From Owenia fusiformis (lineage: Eukaryota), in NCBI GenBank assembly GCA_903813345.2, contig CAIIXF020000001.1, positions 24,428,001 to 24,492,000 on the forward strand: a stretch of 64,000 nucleotides of DNA. Reading direction: 5' to 3'. The position numbers and the translations under genes are program-made. Below the pieces are notes generated by a model, which saw only the letters and a program-made list of their open reading frames with translations, searched no databases and had not been told where the DNA came from. Each line of letters opens with the position of its first letter. Position 1 is the stretch's first letter. Of this stretch, positions 52,371 through 64,000 are shown one piece after another.

Positions 52371-54212
52371 GGTGCAGTGGTACTTAACAGGAATATATAT
52401 ATATATTTTATTAACTTAATAACCATGTCATGCAAATGACATAGTCACTACAGTGTAAAAAAACCTACAAACTACAACTACATATTACAAAACAACTTTA
52501 CATCAGTTTCATATGTCAGGGTATGATAACAGAATATCAGCGTGGTGTATCCATAATACATGTTTACATAATATTAATAATTTCCAAATTTTTAAGAGTG
52601 ATATACAAATTTGGCTAATAAGTTAACATGAGAGCTTTTATTAGACATAATAGTTTCAAACAGTGTATCTGGATCTTTGCACTGTTTCAGATCAGATTCT
52701 AAAGTTTCAAACAAAAGTTATTTGTGTTTTAAGTTCTTTGTACAGCTTGTGATAAAGTGAATCTCATCTTCAATTACCCCACATTTGCTACTCAACCTTT
52801 CACTTGTGGGTTTTTGCTTTGGTTTTGAGTACCGCCCGACCTCTATCTGTAATTTGTGTGAATCCTGAGCATAACAAAACAGGAAGTGACCAAAAATTCG
52901 GCATTTTGTGAACAAAGATAACAGAGTTCTGTTTTGACCTCCAGTCAATTCAAATAGTTCCACATATCATTTACAGGACCAGGGATCACAATGTCCATGG
53001 TCAGAATGACCCTAAACATGATGAAATAATGCTAAAAGTAGCCCCTCGGGAAAGATCACTGAACAGAATCTTTTGAATTTTTCAGAAAATGTACGCAATA
53101 AATTGAATGCAAGCATTGCCATTATACAATTGTATATGTCAGAATGTATTATGGTCACATGAATCACTCGAGGCATCCTGTGGCAAGGATTACTCAACCA
53201 TGACATGCAAGCATGTTGTTGCCTCCATCCCGTTAGAGAAATCTGATTGTCATGCTGCGATTGACTTTCTTAGTGGTTTACTTCACAGTGTAGGTACACA
53301 AACACAAGAAGTGAAGTACATATACCGCATTATTTTGTTAAAATGCTGAACCGTGAAGAGATCTCTTCGTTTCATTGGCCACGGGCCATTAATTGAGATT
53401 ACCATGAAGGATATACCCCATTTGCATTGCCCTCATCCTACGACTGGTATGTAATTTAGCCACTGACAACAAATGCAATGTTTTGGCATGTTTGTATGTG
53501 GTGAAAGTCACAAAATGTTTTACGAGAAATTATATCTCAAAACTGTTTTACCAGAAGGAAAGGAGAAGAAGGAAGGAATACCAGAAGTCGGAAATGTGGC
53601 ATTTTTAGACATTTTTTGAACAAAGATAACACAGTTCTATTTTAACCTCCAGCCAATTCAAATAGTTCCACATATCATTTGCAGGACAAGGATCATAACG
53701 CACATGGTCAGAATGACCCTAAATATGATGAAATAACTTTTTCAGCCCTCTGAAAACGTGACTGGAAAATAGAATGGAATGGAAAGTAGGAGCTTAGAAA
53801 ATGTCACTGAACAGAATCTTTTGAATTTTTCTGAAAATGTCCCCAATATATTGCTCTAAATAATATAATCTTTGAAAATGTGATATCATGCGAAGAAAAA
53901 AAAAGAAAAAACTGAATTGAAAAGCGATCTATTTCCCTTTTTATGACTGCCATTTTGTTTCAGACAATTTTTAAAAATTGTATCATTTAGAGCAATTTAT
54001 TGGCCACATTTTCTGAAATTCAAAACATTCTGTTCAGTGACCTTTTCTGACCATGTACATTGTGATCCTGGTCATGTAAATGATATGTGCAACTAATTAA
54101 ATTGACTGGAGGTCAAAACAGAACTCTGTTATCTTGGTTCAAATAATGTTTGAAATCAAGCATGGTATTGTCACTTCCTGTTTTATCATTTCCTGTTAAG
54201 TACCACTGCATA
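52371..54212. mobile_element. Kolobok-like element with nested RTE-X-like fragment at ~52394-52866 (duplicate of 31433-33276)
   Basis: Copy within the tandem duplication. The (TA)n tract is one unit shorter. Confidence 0.7.
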
Positions 54213-55282
54213 TAAACGTCAGAGATAAACTTTAAAATTATATATTAATATCCCCATAACAAGAATACAACAAATAGCAGGAATTAATGCTTTATTATGC
54301 TTTGATTGATTCGGAATAGTTTCATCAAAATTCGAGTGGGTAAAAGAAAATAGAACCTTAATATTTTATCTACTGCTTTTGTAAATATAAAGCACTTAGG
54401 TCTTTTGGGTTTTAGGAAAATGTATTCAGAGCATGAAACATTTTAGTCAGTATGATGAGTTTCTTAATTTGTTTCATGAATGTTTATAGAACTTTAAATT
54501 AATGTATTTCCCCTTCCCGAATTTTGTCTACAAAGTCTTGTGTACATATATTAGGCAAATCGTAGGTGCATTTAACATCTCGGGGGTGAATTTCTGCACT
54601 TTTCAAAAGACTTGGTCAAGGACCATGTATAGTACATGTAGTATAGCAAGTGGTTAAGTCAGTCATATCTTTTACCATGAGTACTTTCTCAATAATCCAT
54701 TGGAAAATAACATGGGATATGTGGTTTTTAACTTTATTCAAATACTCTTTTAATGTATTTAAAATGAAAAGAAAGATCCTCTTTTTACAAAATAAGCCTA
54801 AACCACTGTATAAATGGCCAGAAAGTACTCATGATGAAAGCTATGACGTGCCATACTACACCTGCTCCTTTTAAGGCAAGGCCAAATGTGATACATATGA
54901 CGTTTACGTTGTGTCGTCGTTACTTCTTATGTACGGATACCTACTTTTATTATCTTTGGTACTTTTTCATTTATAATGGAACTTATACACCCCTCGGGGT
55001 GTCTTTTCATGTCAATGTAAAACACTGTATTTGAAACATTTGAAATAAAGTGAATTGAATTGAATTGAATAAGTCACGGACAACAATGACAACTGTCATG
55101 AATGGGATTCTTCACTATGTTAGGGAACTGAGTAGGTATTTCCTTGACAGTGAGGCTAACCTAAATGGAACATTATCTATACTTAAAATACTTCAACTGC
55201 AGCGTATTTCCATTAGGCAAATAGGTGCAATATAGAGGTAGGATAGCCATTTTCTTTGGCATTTCATGCTTCATCAATTATA

Positions 55283-56248
55283 CAGGGTGGTCCAAAAAAG
55301 TAAACTGTTGCAAGAGGTAATATTTTGTAGGCCACATGTTGTAGAGGTAGGTCTAAAACTTTTGTTGGTACCATACATTTTTCGTCGTTTTGAAATTTGC
55401 AGAAATTATAAGCCCTAACTAAACATTACTGAAAATTGATAAATGTGAACTTCAACATTTCCGATTCGTCAATACTTCAACAATCTTCCCGTGGAAATAT
55501 TTTTAGCTGCTCTCTGAAAAACCAATGTTTTTTGATTTGGTCTGGTTTTGAATCCCGCACATTCTTGTGTAAAAATTAGCATCCTGCCTCCGTTAGTTGC
55601 AAAGTTATTGTGATCCAAAGAAATGGTCTAAGTTTCCAACTTGACGAGAACATCCTCCAGTGAAATCGCAACATACCCTTATAGTATGGTCTTTAAATGT
55701 CAATATCTTCATTAATCATGAACCAATTCTAATGAAATATGACTCAAAATACTTCAATTAGATTTCCGTTTGATTTTTGTAATATAAGATATTTACACGA
55801 AGGGTTTCTCAGAGTTTGGGTCACAGGGATAACTGTGCCCCCCCCCCGCTCTAACCGTTTGTGTAGGTAACATGCCCCTTAACTGTTGAATGGTCAAAAC
55901 TGCTTCAAAATGGTCAACGAAAGTGTGAAATGTGTTTCCTGCTCAAATAGTGTCCCATTTGTCATATGGTATGGTTTAAACTTATATCTCACTGTAAGTT
56001 TTTTAAAGATCATCCAATGTGTTTCAACAATTTCCGTGAATCACATTGGTAAGATTTTTCACAATATCTAATTTTAGGCATGTTTGTTAAAATCTTGTTA
56101 TTTCTTCAAAATTCAAACCTGAGAATAAATTATGGCATCGACAAATTTTTTAGACCTTTCTCTACAAGATGTGATGATATGAGCAAATTTATGCATGTAT
56201 TAAGGACAGTATTGCCTGTTGCAGGGGTCCACTTTTTGGACCAGCCTG
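55283..56248. mobile_element. Tc1/mariner-type MITE (duplicate of 34347-35312)
   Basis: Same TIRs and TA TSD. Confidence 0.78.
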
Positions 56249-57001
56249 TATAAATACATGTGATATTTGTGAAGACCTGCGTTGTCCATCATGTTATTGA
56301 ATTGGAGGGTACTTTGTAATGACTAAGATAAATACCAAATAGAGGAAGGCATTAGAGGGACCAAATGTTCTGAAAATACTATTTTTAGAAATAAATTAAG
56401 TTCATTTTTGGATAATGTAGTACTTTAAAAAGAAAAGTTAAACTTCCCAACTTGAACACATTTGTAAAGGTTATTACTGTAATGAAATTGCAGTTTCAAA
56501 CACTATGTTTTTTCTAATATACATGTATGTACCTTTATAAGTTAAATGTGTCGACTATCATATGGTCATTATAGAAAAATAAACCTAATTTATACCGTAT
56601 TAAAAACGTAATGAAAATGATCCATATCGCTCAGCCCATTGGGAACACTTCAATGATTTGAGCGAATTTTTCGGATTGCATAGTCGATTAATTTTTTACT
56701 TTCGTCCACCCTTTATTTATAGTCAAATTGACCAGCCCTCCTTTTAGCTAACGCAATAACTTGAAAATCACAAATGATGAAACTCAAGCTCCTAATCTTT
56801 CTCTAATCCTTCACATAATTGTTTGTCATTCTTGCCCATATCATCTTGCCCTCGACCTAAATCAGGCTAATATGTGATATCATCATTTAATCCCTTTTTG
56901 TTGAAACTCTCCTTAATTAATGGTATCGTGTAATACCATTTGTCCTGATTGAAAGAGAGTAGATCGGCAATTTAACTGCAGAACTGATGAGCTATTAGCA
57001 C

Positions 57002-57881
57002 CCCATGCAGACAGATCGCCTAAAATTACATTCGTATGATGTGAGAATCGACATTCACCAGGAAAGTAGAAACATTTTGTCATGATGCACATTAATTTTT
57101 TACTGTTTAATAAATGTTGAATGACAGTCATATAAAATTCTATTAGTATGAGAATAGCATACCGTCTTGATATTTCAAGGTAACTCGTTCGAAAAATGAT
57201 GACGGTGATTGAAATGACGATGTAAAGATAAAACCGCAACGAAATATTTGTAGATTTCTTTGAAAAACTAATATACATATCTGAGAATATACATCTCATA
57301 TTGAATTTTTCAAAAACATAAAAACATGTATAAATAGTAAGGCATGTAGGTCCGATTCCCTCTGGTAGCATTAACATTTGTGTCGTATAAGTCATACAAT
57401 TAATCTTTGAAACCAGACTTTTATTCAAACTTATGATCGGATATAGGTATGATGTGTACTTCAATGTAATATTAATAAAGTAACATCATACTTATGTCCA
57501 ATCATAAGTTCAGATGATAGTTGTTTTTCAAATATTAATTGTATGACATATATGAGACCAATGTTAATGCTACCAGGGGAAATCTGAACTGCAGGCCTTA
57601 CATTTTTCTTACCTTTTCAAAGAAATCTACAAATAGTTCATTACGGTTTTATATTTACATCGTAATGTCGATCACCGCCATCACCTTTCGAGCGAGTTAC
57701 CTTGAAATATCAATACGCCATGCTTATCTCATTCTTATAGAACTCAATGTAACTGTCCTTTACCATTTATTAAGCAGTAAAAAATAATTTGCTTCATGGG
57801 TGACAAAATGTTTCTACTTTCCTGGTGAATGTCGAGTCTCGCATCATACGAATGTAATTTTAGGCGATCTGTCTTCATTGG
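57002..57881. mobile_element. Foldback element (duplicate of 36066-36945)
   Basis: Copy within the tandem duplication. Confidence 0.85.
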
Positions 57882-59623
57882 ATGTATTGGTCTCTGTTCA
57901 ATAAACTCATTGATCAGCTTCAATACGAACAGTTCTCACTTAGTAAAAAGGTCGTCTTTTTCTGAAATTGGATGTTCATTTAAGATCAACATTAATCTCT
58001 TATTTGTGAAGGTTGAGTTCATTTTATTTATTTTTACGAACAATGCGAAACATTTCACTGCATAAATAAGAGTTATAATAAACCCAGAATATCTTGAGTC
58101 AAATTTTACCATATTTCAAAAACTTGCAGTAACATTTAGTGATGTCTTCTTTATAATATGGGGTTTGCTTTCATGGTTTTATTGGACACTTGGCAAAGTA
58201 ATAATGGTTTGTGATAGTCTGAATTATGAGATCATAGATTAATAATAAAATGAAATATCTCTGAAAGGATGTTATTTCAACCCACTTTTGGGTATTGCCT
58301 GGTTTCTATGAATCAGCAGTGTTATTGTTTCCATCAACATGATCCGAGAAGCACGCACAGGAACATAATTAGTATGATTACATCCCTCTGTTTGAAAACT
58401 GAACCTGTTTCACTAGAAACTTCTTCATTGTGAATGTTGATTTGGGATCATTATATTGAATTGGAGATATGGAATCTGGGAAATGTGTCATATTGCATAC
58501 AAATAGTTGGCATACAGACACTTTTAAATTGAGATCAAGATTTGTATTTATAATGCCAATAATAATGCGCTTAATAGCAAAAAACCAAGTTGCAATACTA
58601 TAATTACGAGATATATTGCGTCTTATAAAACTGTTCGGTACATCCACTCATCATTCAAATACTGTTTAAAATCAAAGTTTATGACCGCTGTCTCGAACCC
58701 TGCTATTACAATAATTGATAGACCTTTGTTTAAAGCCTATATTACTCCCAATAGGTAAAATTTACATAAAGTGAATATATGCAATTCTGTCTCGACCAAA
58801 TTGATTTTCAAGTCTGGCAATAGCATGTGAAGATTATGTAAGTCTGTAATTTTATTATGATATAAAGGAAGAATACTTTAATTATGTTCGGTCATTGTAC
58901 CAGAGAATGAGGTTTCTGAGTGCTTAATGAGAAAATCTAGGTAAGTATTGGACTTGTGTACTTGTGCACACAAAGCTTTAAGACTAAATATTACATATTC
59001 AATTATACATAAGTGCGTGTGACATACAATTTTGCCTGCAGTGTGTTTTGGTTTATAAACCCTAATGGCTGCAGATTGGGGGGAGGTTAAATCCGTTATT
59101 TTTCTAGCTTCAGCCACAGGCAGACAGGTGAATTACACTTTTTGGCGTAAAAATCAAGGTGATTGGGAGTTGAGGGGTCAAGTTATGATTATGAGTCGAA
59201 AATTGATGCCAATAAAAAGAAATTCATAAAATATTGATAGTGACCTTGTTTCTATAACTGTAGAAAATGCAAAGTGATCATGTTTGCTCTTTTTGATATA
59301 TAGATAATCATAAGCACATTGAATTCACTTTCCAACATGCTTTATTTTATTACAATCGAGCCACTAGTGACTATCTTATGGAATTTTAAAGATTAAATGC
59401 GGTTAATGCCTCTTATTTTTTCGCATGTTCCTGAATGTTTATACAAACGTTAGTATTAGAATTTTGATGATAACTTTCTCCAAATGTTAGCTATAATTTT
59501 CCCCTATCCCATTTTTTCAATTTCACCAATTCGATCTGGACCGAAATTGTAGTATTCCAAGTCAAGCAGTTATCGGCTATCTTATTTGATCACTGAACAA
59601 CTTGTGAAATATTGATGCTAAAG

Positions 59624-60091
59624 ACAAAAAATAGTGCCGTGGGTACTGGGCTCACATGGTGTTGCTCAAAAGTGAATGATGGCTAAAATGACAGAAAATA
59701 AAAAAAACTGATATAATTTTTTGCCAATTATTTGTAACAAAATTATTTCATACAACTACTCTTTACAGTGACATGGTTTTTACAATGCAGGACGTAAAGC
59801 TAGGAAATGGGCCAAAAGTGTATTTCGTGAGACAAAAATGGCGACCATTTTGAAAAAAAGACAAGCTTTTGAACCAGTCATAGGGGAGTTTTTAGTATTG
59901 ATGTTAAACAAAAATAAGTGAATTTCGTGAGACAAGAATGGCGACCATTTTGAAATTAGGCGAGCTTTTGAACCAGGAGTCATAGGAGAGTTTTTTGTAT
60001 TGATGTTGAACAAAAATAACTTAAAACAGGAATCCTATCGACGGAGGTTTTAAAACGTGCCACTGCAAAAGCTCACCAAGTGAGCTAAAAA
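59624..60091 (-). mobile_element. Helentron-associated (HINE-like) non-autonomous element with internal ~100-bp tandem repeats
   Basis: Terminal palindrome AGCTCAC-caa-GTGAGCT followed by AAAAA (60070-60091). Matching subterminal GCTCAC at ~59650. Two ~100-bp units starting gtg(t/a)atttcgtgagacaa at ~59818 and ~59918. Confidence 0.6.
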
Positions 60092-61412
60092 CAACTTGAA
60101 CTTGAAATTGTTGATTATTAAATTACACGTCCCATTGATTTCAATGTGTTTTCGCGATACCTGCTATCTTTGAAGGTGCATGAGTTCAGTTCTAGAAAAG
60201 CTTTTACCTTGATTTTTGATTTATTTGAAAGATAATAAATTGTTCTTTTCGGAAATAAAGCAGTGTTGGCAACAACAATTCTTTAAAAAAAATCACAAAA
60301 GGCTAAACAATTCACTCCCTAGGTAACGTTGACTTTGATTTGACCTTCGTTGATCCATTTTTGGGAAAACCAATACATCTCTGAAGAGTTTATTGAATAA
60401 GGTTTACAACAATACCAACATTATTTCAATCAGTTCAATTCAAGTAATAGAAATTCACGAGGGGGTCCCCCTTGCGACTTATAAAAAGTTATAAAAGATG
60501 TTATAAAAAAGGTTGCAGACATATAATGGTTAAGCGAAAACATAACGAGTATTTTTGTTGTCTTGTTTATAAATGTACTCATATTTTGTTCCATAGTGAT
60601 ATGATAAGTAACTACAATATATGGAATTAATTGAATTTAAGATATACATACATCAAAGTTAGCGACTTTGATGATGACATTAAATTACAAATGAGTTTAC
60701 CATATTTACCATAAATAGTTATTATATCAGAATGAATTCTTCCTCAGCCTCGCTCTCATTGCATCTCGGTATTTTAACACTGATCAGAAAAATCAGTAGG
60801 CATATATTGCGCAGTATATCATACAATCTTGGTCTTTATTAACTTAATTATTTTCCCATTAAAAAATATAGTATGTCCTGGATCATCAGCTGAGACTCCT
60901 TCAAGCTATTTTAGTTTTAATGTTGGCATTTAGTTTGTGACATATACCATTTGAGGTCTTTATGGTATACTCATTTGTCTAATATTACACAAGCTTGTAA
61001 GTGATTTATTGTGTTTTAGCATGATTTGTTATTGGCCACAATGATTTAGATGGCCTATTAGTTAACAATATATACACATAGAAGAGAATGAGGCTTTAAC
61101 GATCACTCTTTTCCAAAATGTTCAATAATTTAGAGAATTCTGGGATAATATTACATGTATTATTCTTTGTCGTACTTGTTTTCTAAATATTGATATGTAT
61201 TACATGAAAAGCAAAGGTAATCGAGTATCTATAAGGTTTTATATTTGGGAGAATTTATCCAACTTTTGTTCTTTGAATCGTGAATAACTTCAGCGGTTGA
61301 TTCAGAAGGCGCTTGTATTTGTGATGGTAATTATTTGAAGGTCAATTATACATATTATTTGCAATTTTGTCATCCCCTTTATCTCAAATTCTGCCTTAAA
61401 TATATGCGAATA

Positions 61413-62409
61413 CAGGGTGTCCAAAAAAAAACAGGACCGTAAGAAAGTTGATTAACTCGATCAATTTTGCATATTTTGCCTTGAAATTTCAGAATTATTT
61501 AGTTCATTCAATGTGAATTTTGTTGTGAAAGTTTGATAATAATCTACTAATTGAGTCAAAAACTACAGCTCCTTACAAAACATGCCCCAAATGTGCACCT
61601 CTCATCTCCATGCACAATTCAATCCGGCGAACAAAGCTGTTGATGATCCTCCTACACACACAACTTTCTGAATGGACAAGTTTGTTCCAAGAACAATTGT
61701 TACTGGGGCTTACATCCTCCTGATGAAGTGTTACAGCATCCATTGCATTCTGAACAATGTACTCCCTGGGTGGCAATGAGGAAACATGGAATCATTAGTC
61801 CCTTTTGGTTCGAAAGTGACTGGGGACTTGCTATCACCATGAACAAGGACCAGTAAGTCCTCATCAAGTTTTAGAGGTCACTAAGCACCAGAAGGGACAT
61901 CTAAGGAGATAATTAAGCAGTGGTTTCAACAAGCCAATACCACCCCAACACTGCAAATGATATGCTGAAATGGTTTAGGCAATGCTTTGGTGGTCAGATC
62001 ATCAGTTGCAGAACGAAAACCATATGGGCAGCTCATTCGCCTGATCTAAATCCCCCAAATTTTTATCTTTGAAGATTTCTCAAAGTCAATTTGTATACTG
62101 ACAGGCCCCTAACAATCTTAAGAGGGCATTAACTACCCCAATATTTACCATCCACATTAATGTGTGTAGGTAAGGGTCATTAACAACTTTGTTTGCAGGA
62201 TTCGTTTGTGCATAGAGAGGAGAAGTGCCCACTTTGAGCATGTTTTGTAAAGTACTGTAGTTTTTGACTCAACTAATAGATTATTATCAAACTTTCAGAA
62301 CAAAATTCACATTGAATGTACTAAATAATTCTGAAATTTCAAGGCAAAATATGCAAAATTGACCGAGTTATTCAACTTTCTTACGGTCCTGTTTTTTTTG
62401 GACACCCTG
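61413..62409 (+). mobile_element. DD41D (rosa-type) Tc1/mariner derivative with long inverted arms, 997 bp
   Basis: TA-CAGGGTGTCCAAAAAAAA...TTTTTTTTGGACACCCTG-TA. Arms pair over ~240 bp, with a transposase remnant inside. Confidence 0.88.
61664..62250 (+). pseudogene. Disrupted DD41D-type transposase catalytic domain and C-terminus
   Basis: FLNGQVCSKNNCYWGLHPPDEVLQHPLHSEQCTPWVAMRKHGIISPFWFE, then WFQQ...TANDMLKWFRQCFGGQIISCRTKTIWAAHSPDLNPPNFYL and VINNFVCRIRLCIERRSAHFEHVL*, with stops and frameshifts. After correcting one frameshift, 41 residues separate the inferred second and third catalytic positions, both of which are mutated. Confidence 0.8.
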
Positions 62410-64000
62410 TACATCGAAATAAAGCTGAACTATTAATACTACATATTTTGTTAGTCGCAATAAATCGAAGTTTTCAGATGTAACCAGTGTTCATAGTTAT
62501 CATTGTTAAAGGAGTTCGTAATCTGTTTTTTCTGTCATCTTTGATTTATTTCTTGGCCTCCACCTTCAATCAATCTGTTACATATATAATCTAAATGATG
62601 ACATGTATATTTAAATTATATTCATTAGGGAAATTTAGTATCAATCTTTATTGATCAAAGTGCAGTGGATATGACCTCCACTTACTGTATAAAAAGGTCT
62701 TCAGGGTATTTCGAAGCATCCAAGAAACAAGTATTTAAAGAATATGTCCCATGGCTAGGCTTTATCAGCAACAGTTCATTTCACATTTACAAAAATGAAT
62801 GGGTTGCCATCGCTATTATTTGGACAATTCGTAATAACAGTACAATTAATGACCTAAATCTTTAAAACGCTATTAAGTATTCACTGCGTAAATGTTAGGT
62901 CAAATGGGAATAACAGTTATCATCAAATCTATCCATCTTTATTGCCATCGTCATCAATTATTTAAACTATGAGATTTTCACTAGCACATATCAGGATTTA
63001 TTCCCAGTGCTATATAAATAAGGACTCATTTTCCTCGTTTAATTGACAACTCATTATATTTAGAAATATCTGTCATGTCTACTTATTTTTGAAACCCGAC
63101 CAACTGCAAATAGTTTGCTTTGGCCATCGAAGACAACGTATAGATTGAATCGTTTTTGCGTATTCTCACTATTTAGAGATATGACTTATAAGATTTTCAG
63201 AACAACATTTCTAAGTACAGCGTATTAATACATCTGGCTCAATTGGGAATAGTATTTACTATCAAATATATCCATCAATATTCCCATCGTCATCAATATT
63301 CAAATTATGCCATATACTAGGGGTTTATGGCATATATGATTGTGATGATGAAGTTTTTTACCTTGACATATGTTGGTACATGTTATTTGGTTTACTCTTT
63401 TTCTATAGTTTGACACGATGGGAGCCAGGACCCATAATGGGTTTAGATGGCAGTTAAATTCTTTGCTCTAGTTGTTTTTTCACACCAGTCCTACCAGTCC
63501 TAAATATGACTTAGTCAAACTTCAAAAACACTTCATAAATCAAATTCATATCACATTTTCTCTTCGGAATTATTTACTAATTATTTATTATGTAGGTTAA
63601 GGTTTTGAATATTTTCAATGAATTTTATGTTTGGAGATTTTTGAAGCAATTTTCACAGATTTAAGTATACGATTAAATCCATTGAGTTCTGTGCCATTTA
63701 TTGACAGTCCTTGAGGCCACTTAAGTAGTAATATATCATATCAAATAAAACTAATAATTGTTTCTTTAATTACTCACCTGTTTTCGACCATTGATTAAAT
63801 AGTTGTAAAAGCTGTTCTCTAAAAATAGAAGCTCTATACAATTCTGGGCATTTCTATTATTCTTGATTTCATTGCAATCGATAAGTGTAATCGTACATTT
63901 TTGAATACGTGCTGTTTGGTGAATTGAAAAGGTAAATTAGAAAATAACTTCGATTCGAAAGGATTGAAATGTTAATCTTGAATCTAACGTGAAAATAACA

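Larger units (their letters stand above)
38427..59362 (+). repeat. Tandem segmental duplication, copy 2 (20,936 bp)
   Basis: The junction cgagcc-ACT-tcaaagac joins the copy-1 end to the unit start. Unique sequence resumes after cgagcc-ACT-agtga at 59363-59365. Confidence 0.97.

Noticed and set aside
17488-59365. Duplicated unit as a giant transposon, LTR pair or endogenous virus
   Set aside because: There are no TIRs, TG/CA ends or enzyme or capsid genes, and the copies are directly adjacent.
1-64000. Strand-biased piRNA-cluster signature
   Set aside because: Four retroelement fragments are minus-strand and two plus-strand in the non-redundant sequence, which is too few to claim a bias without small-RNA data.

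Overview
AT-rich, gene-poor eukaryotic DNA. The repeat families look like those of marine invertebrates such as molluscs or annelids (inference). No intact host gene, RNA gene or CRISPR array can be supported. Two thirds of the window is one tandem duplication of about 20.94 kb (17488-38426 and 38427-59362) joined through a 3-bp ACT microhomology. Almost all differences between the copies fall in their first ~2.6 kb. The rest is a dense, nested transposon graveyard. It includes a Ty3/gypsy-like gag-protease remnant that keeps a well-formed -1 frameshift signal (GGGAAAC plus predicted pseudoknot) but has no RT, RNase H or integrase; Tx1/L1-, CR1/L2- and RTE-X-like LINE fragments; a solo LTR; and many non-autonomous TIR or foldback elements. 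The two most notable elements are a 1.29-kb Transib/RAG-like element (CACGGTG ends, 5-bp TSD, one-helical-turn asymmetry between its ends) and a DD41D (rosa-type) mariner whose 5' half is replaced by an inverted copy of its 3' end. All comparisons were made by eye, with no database searches.
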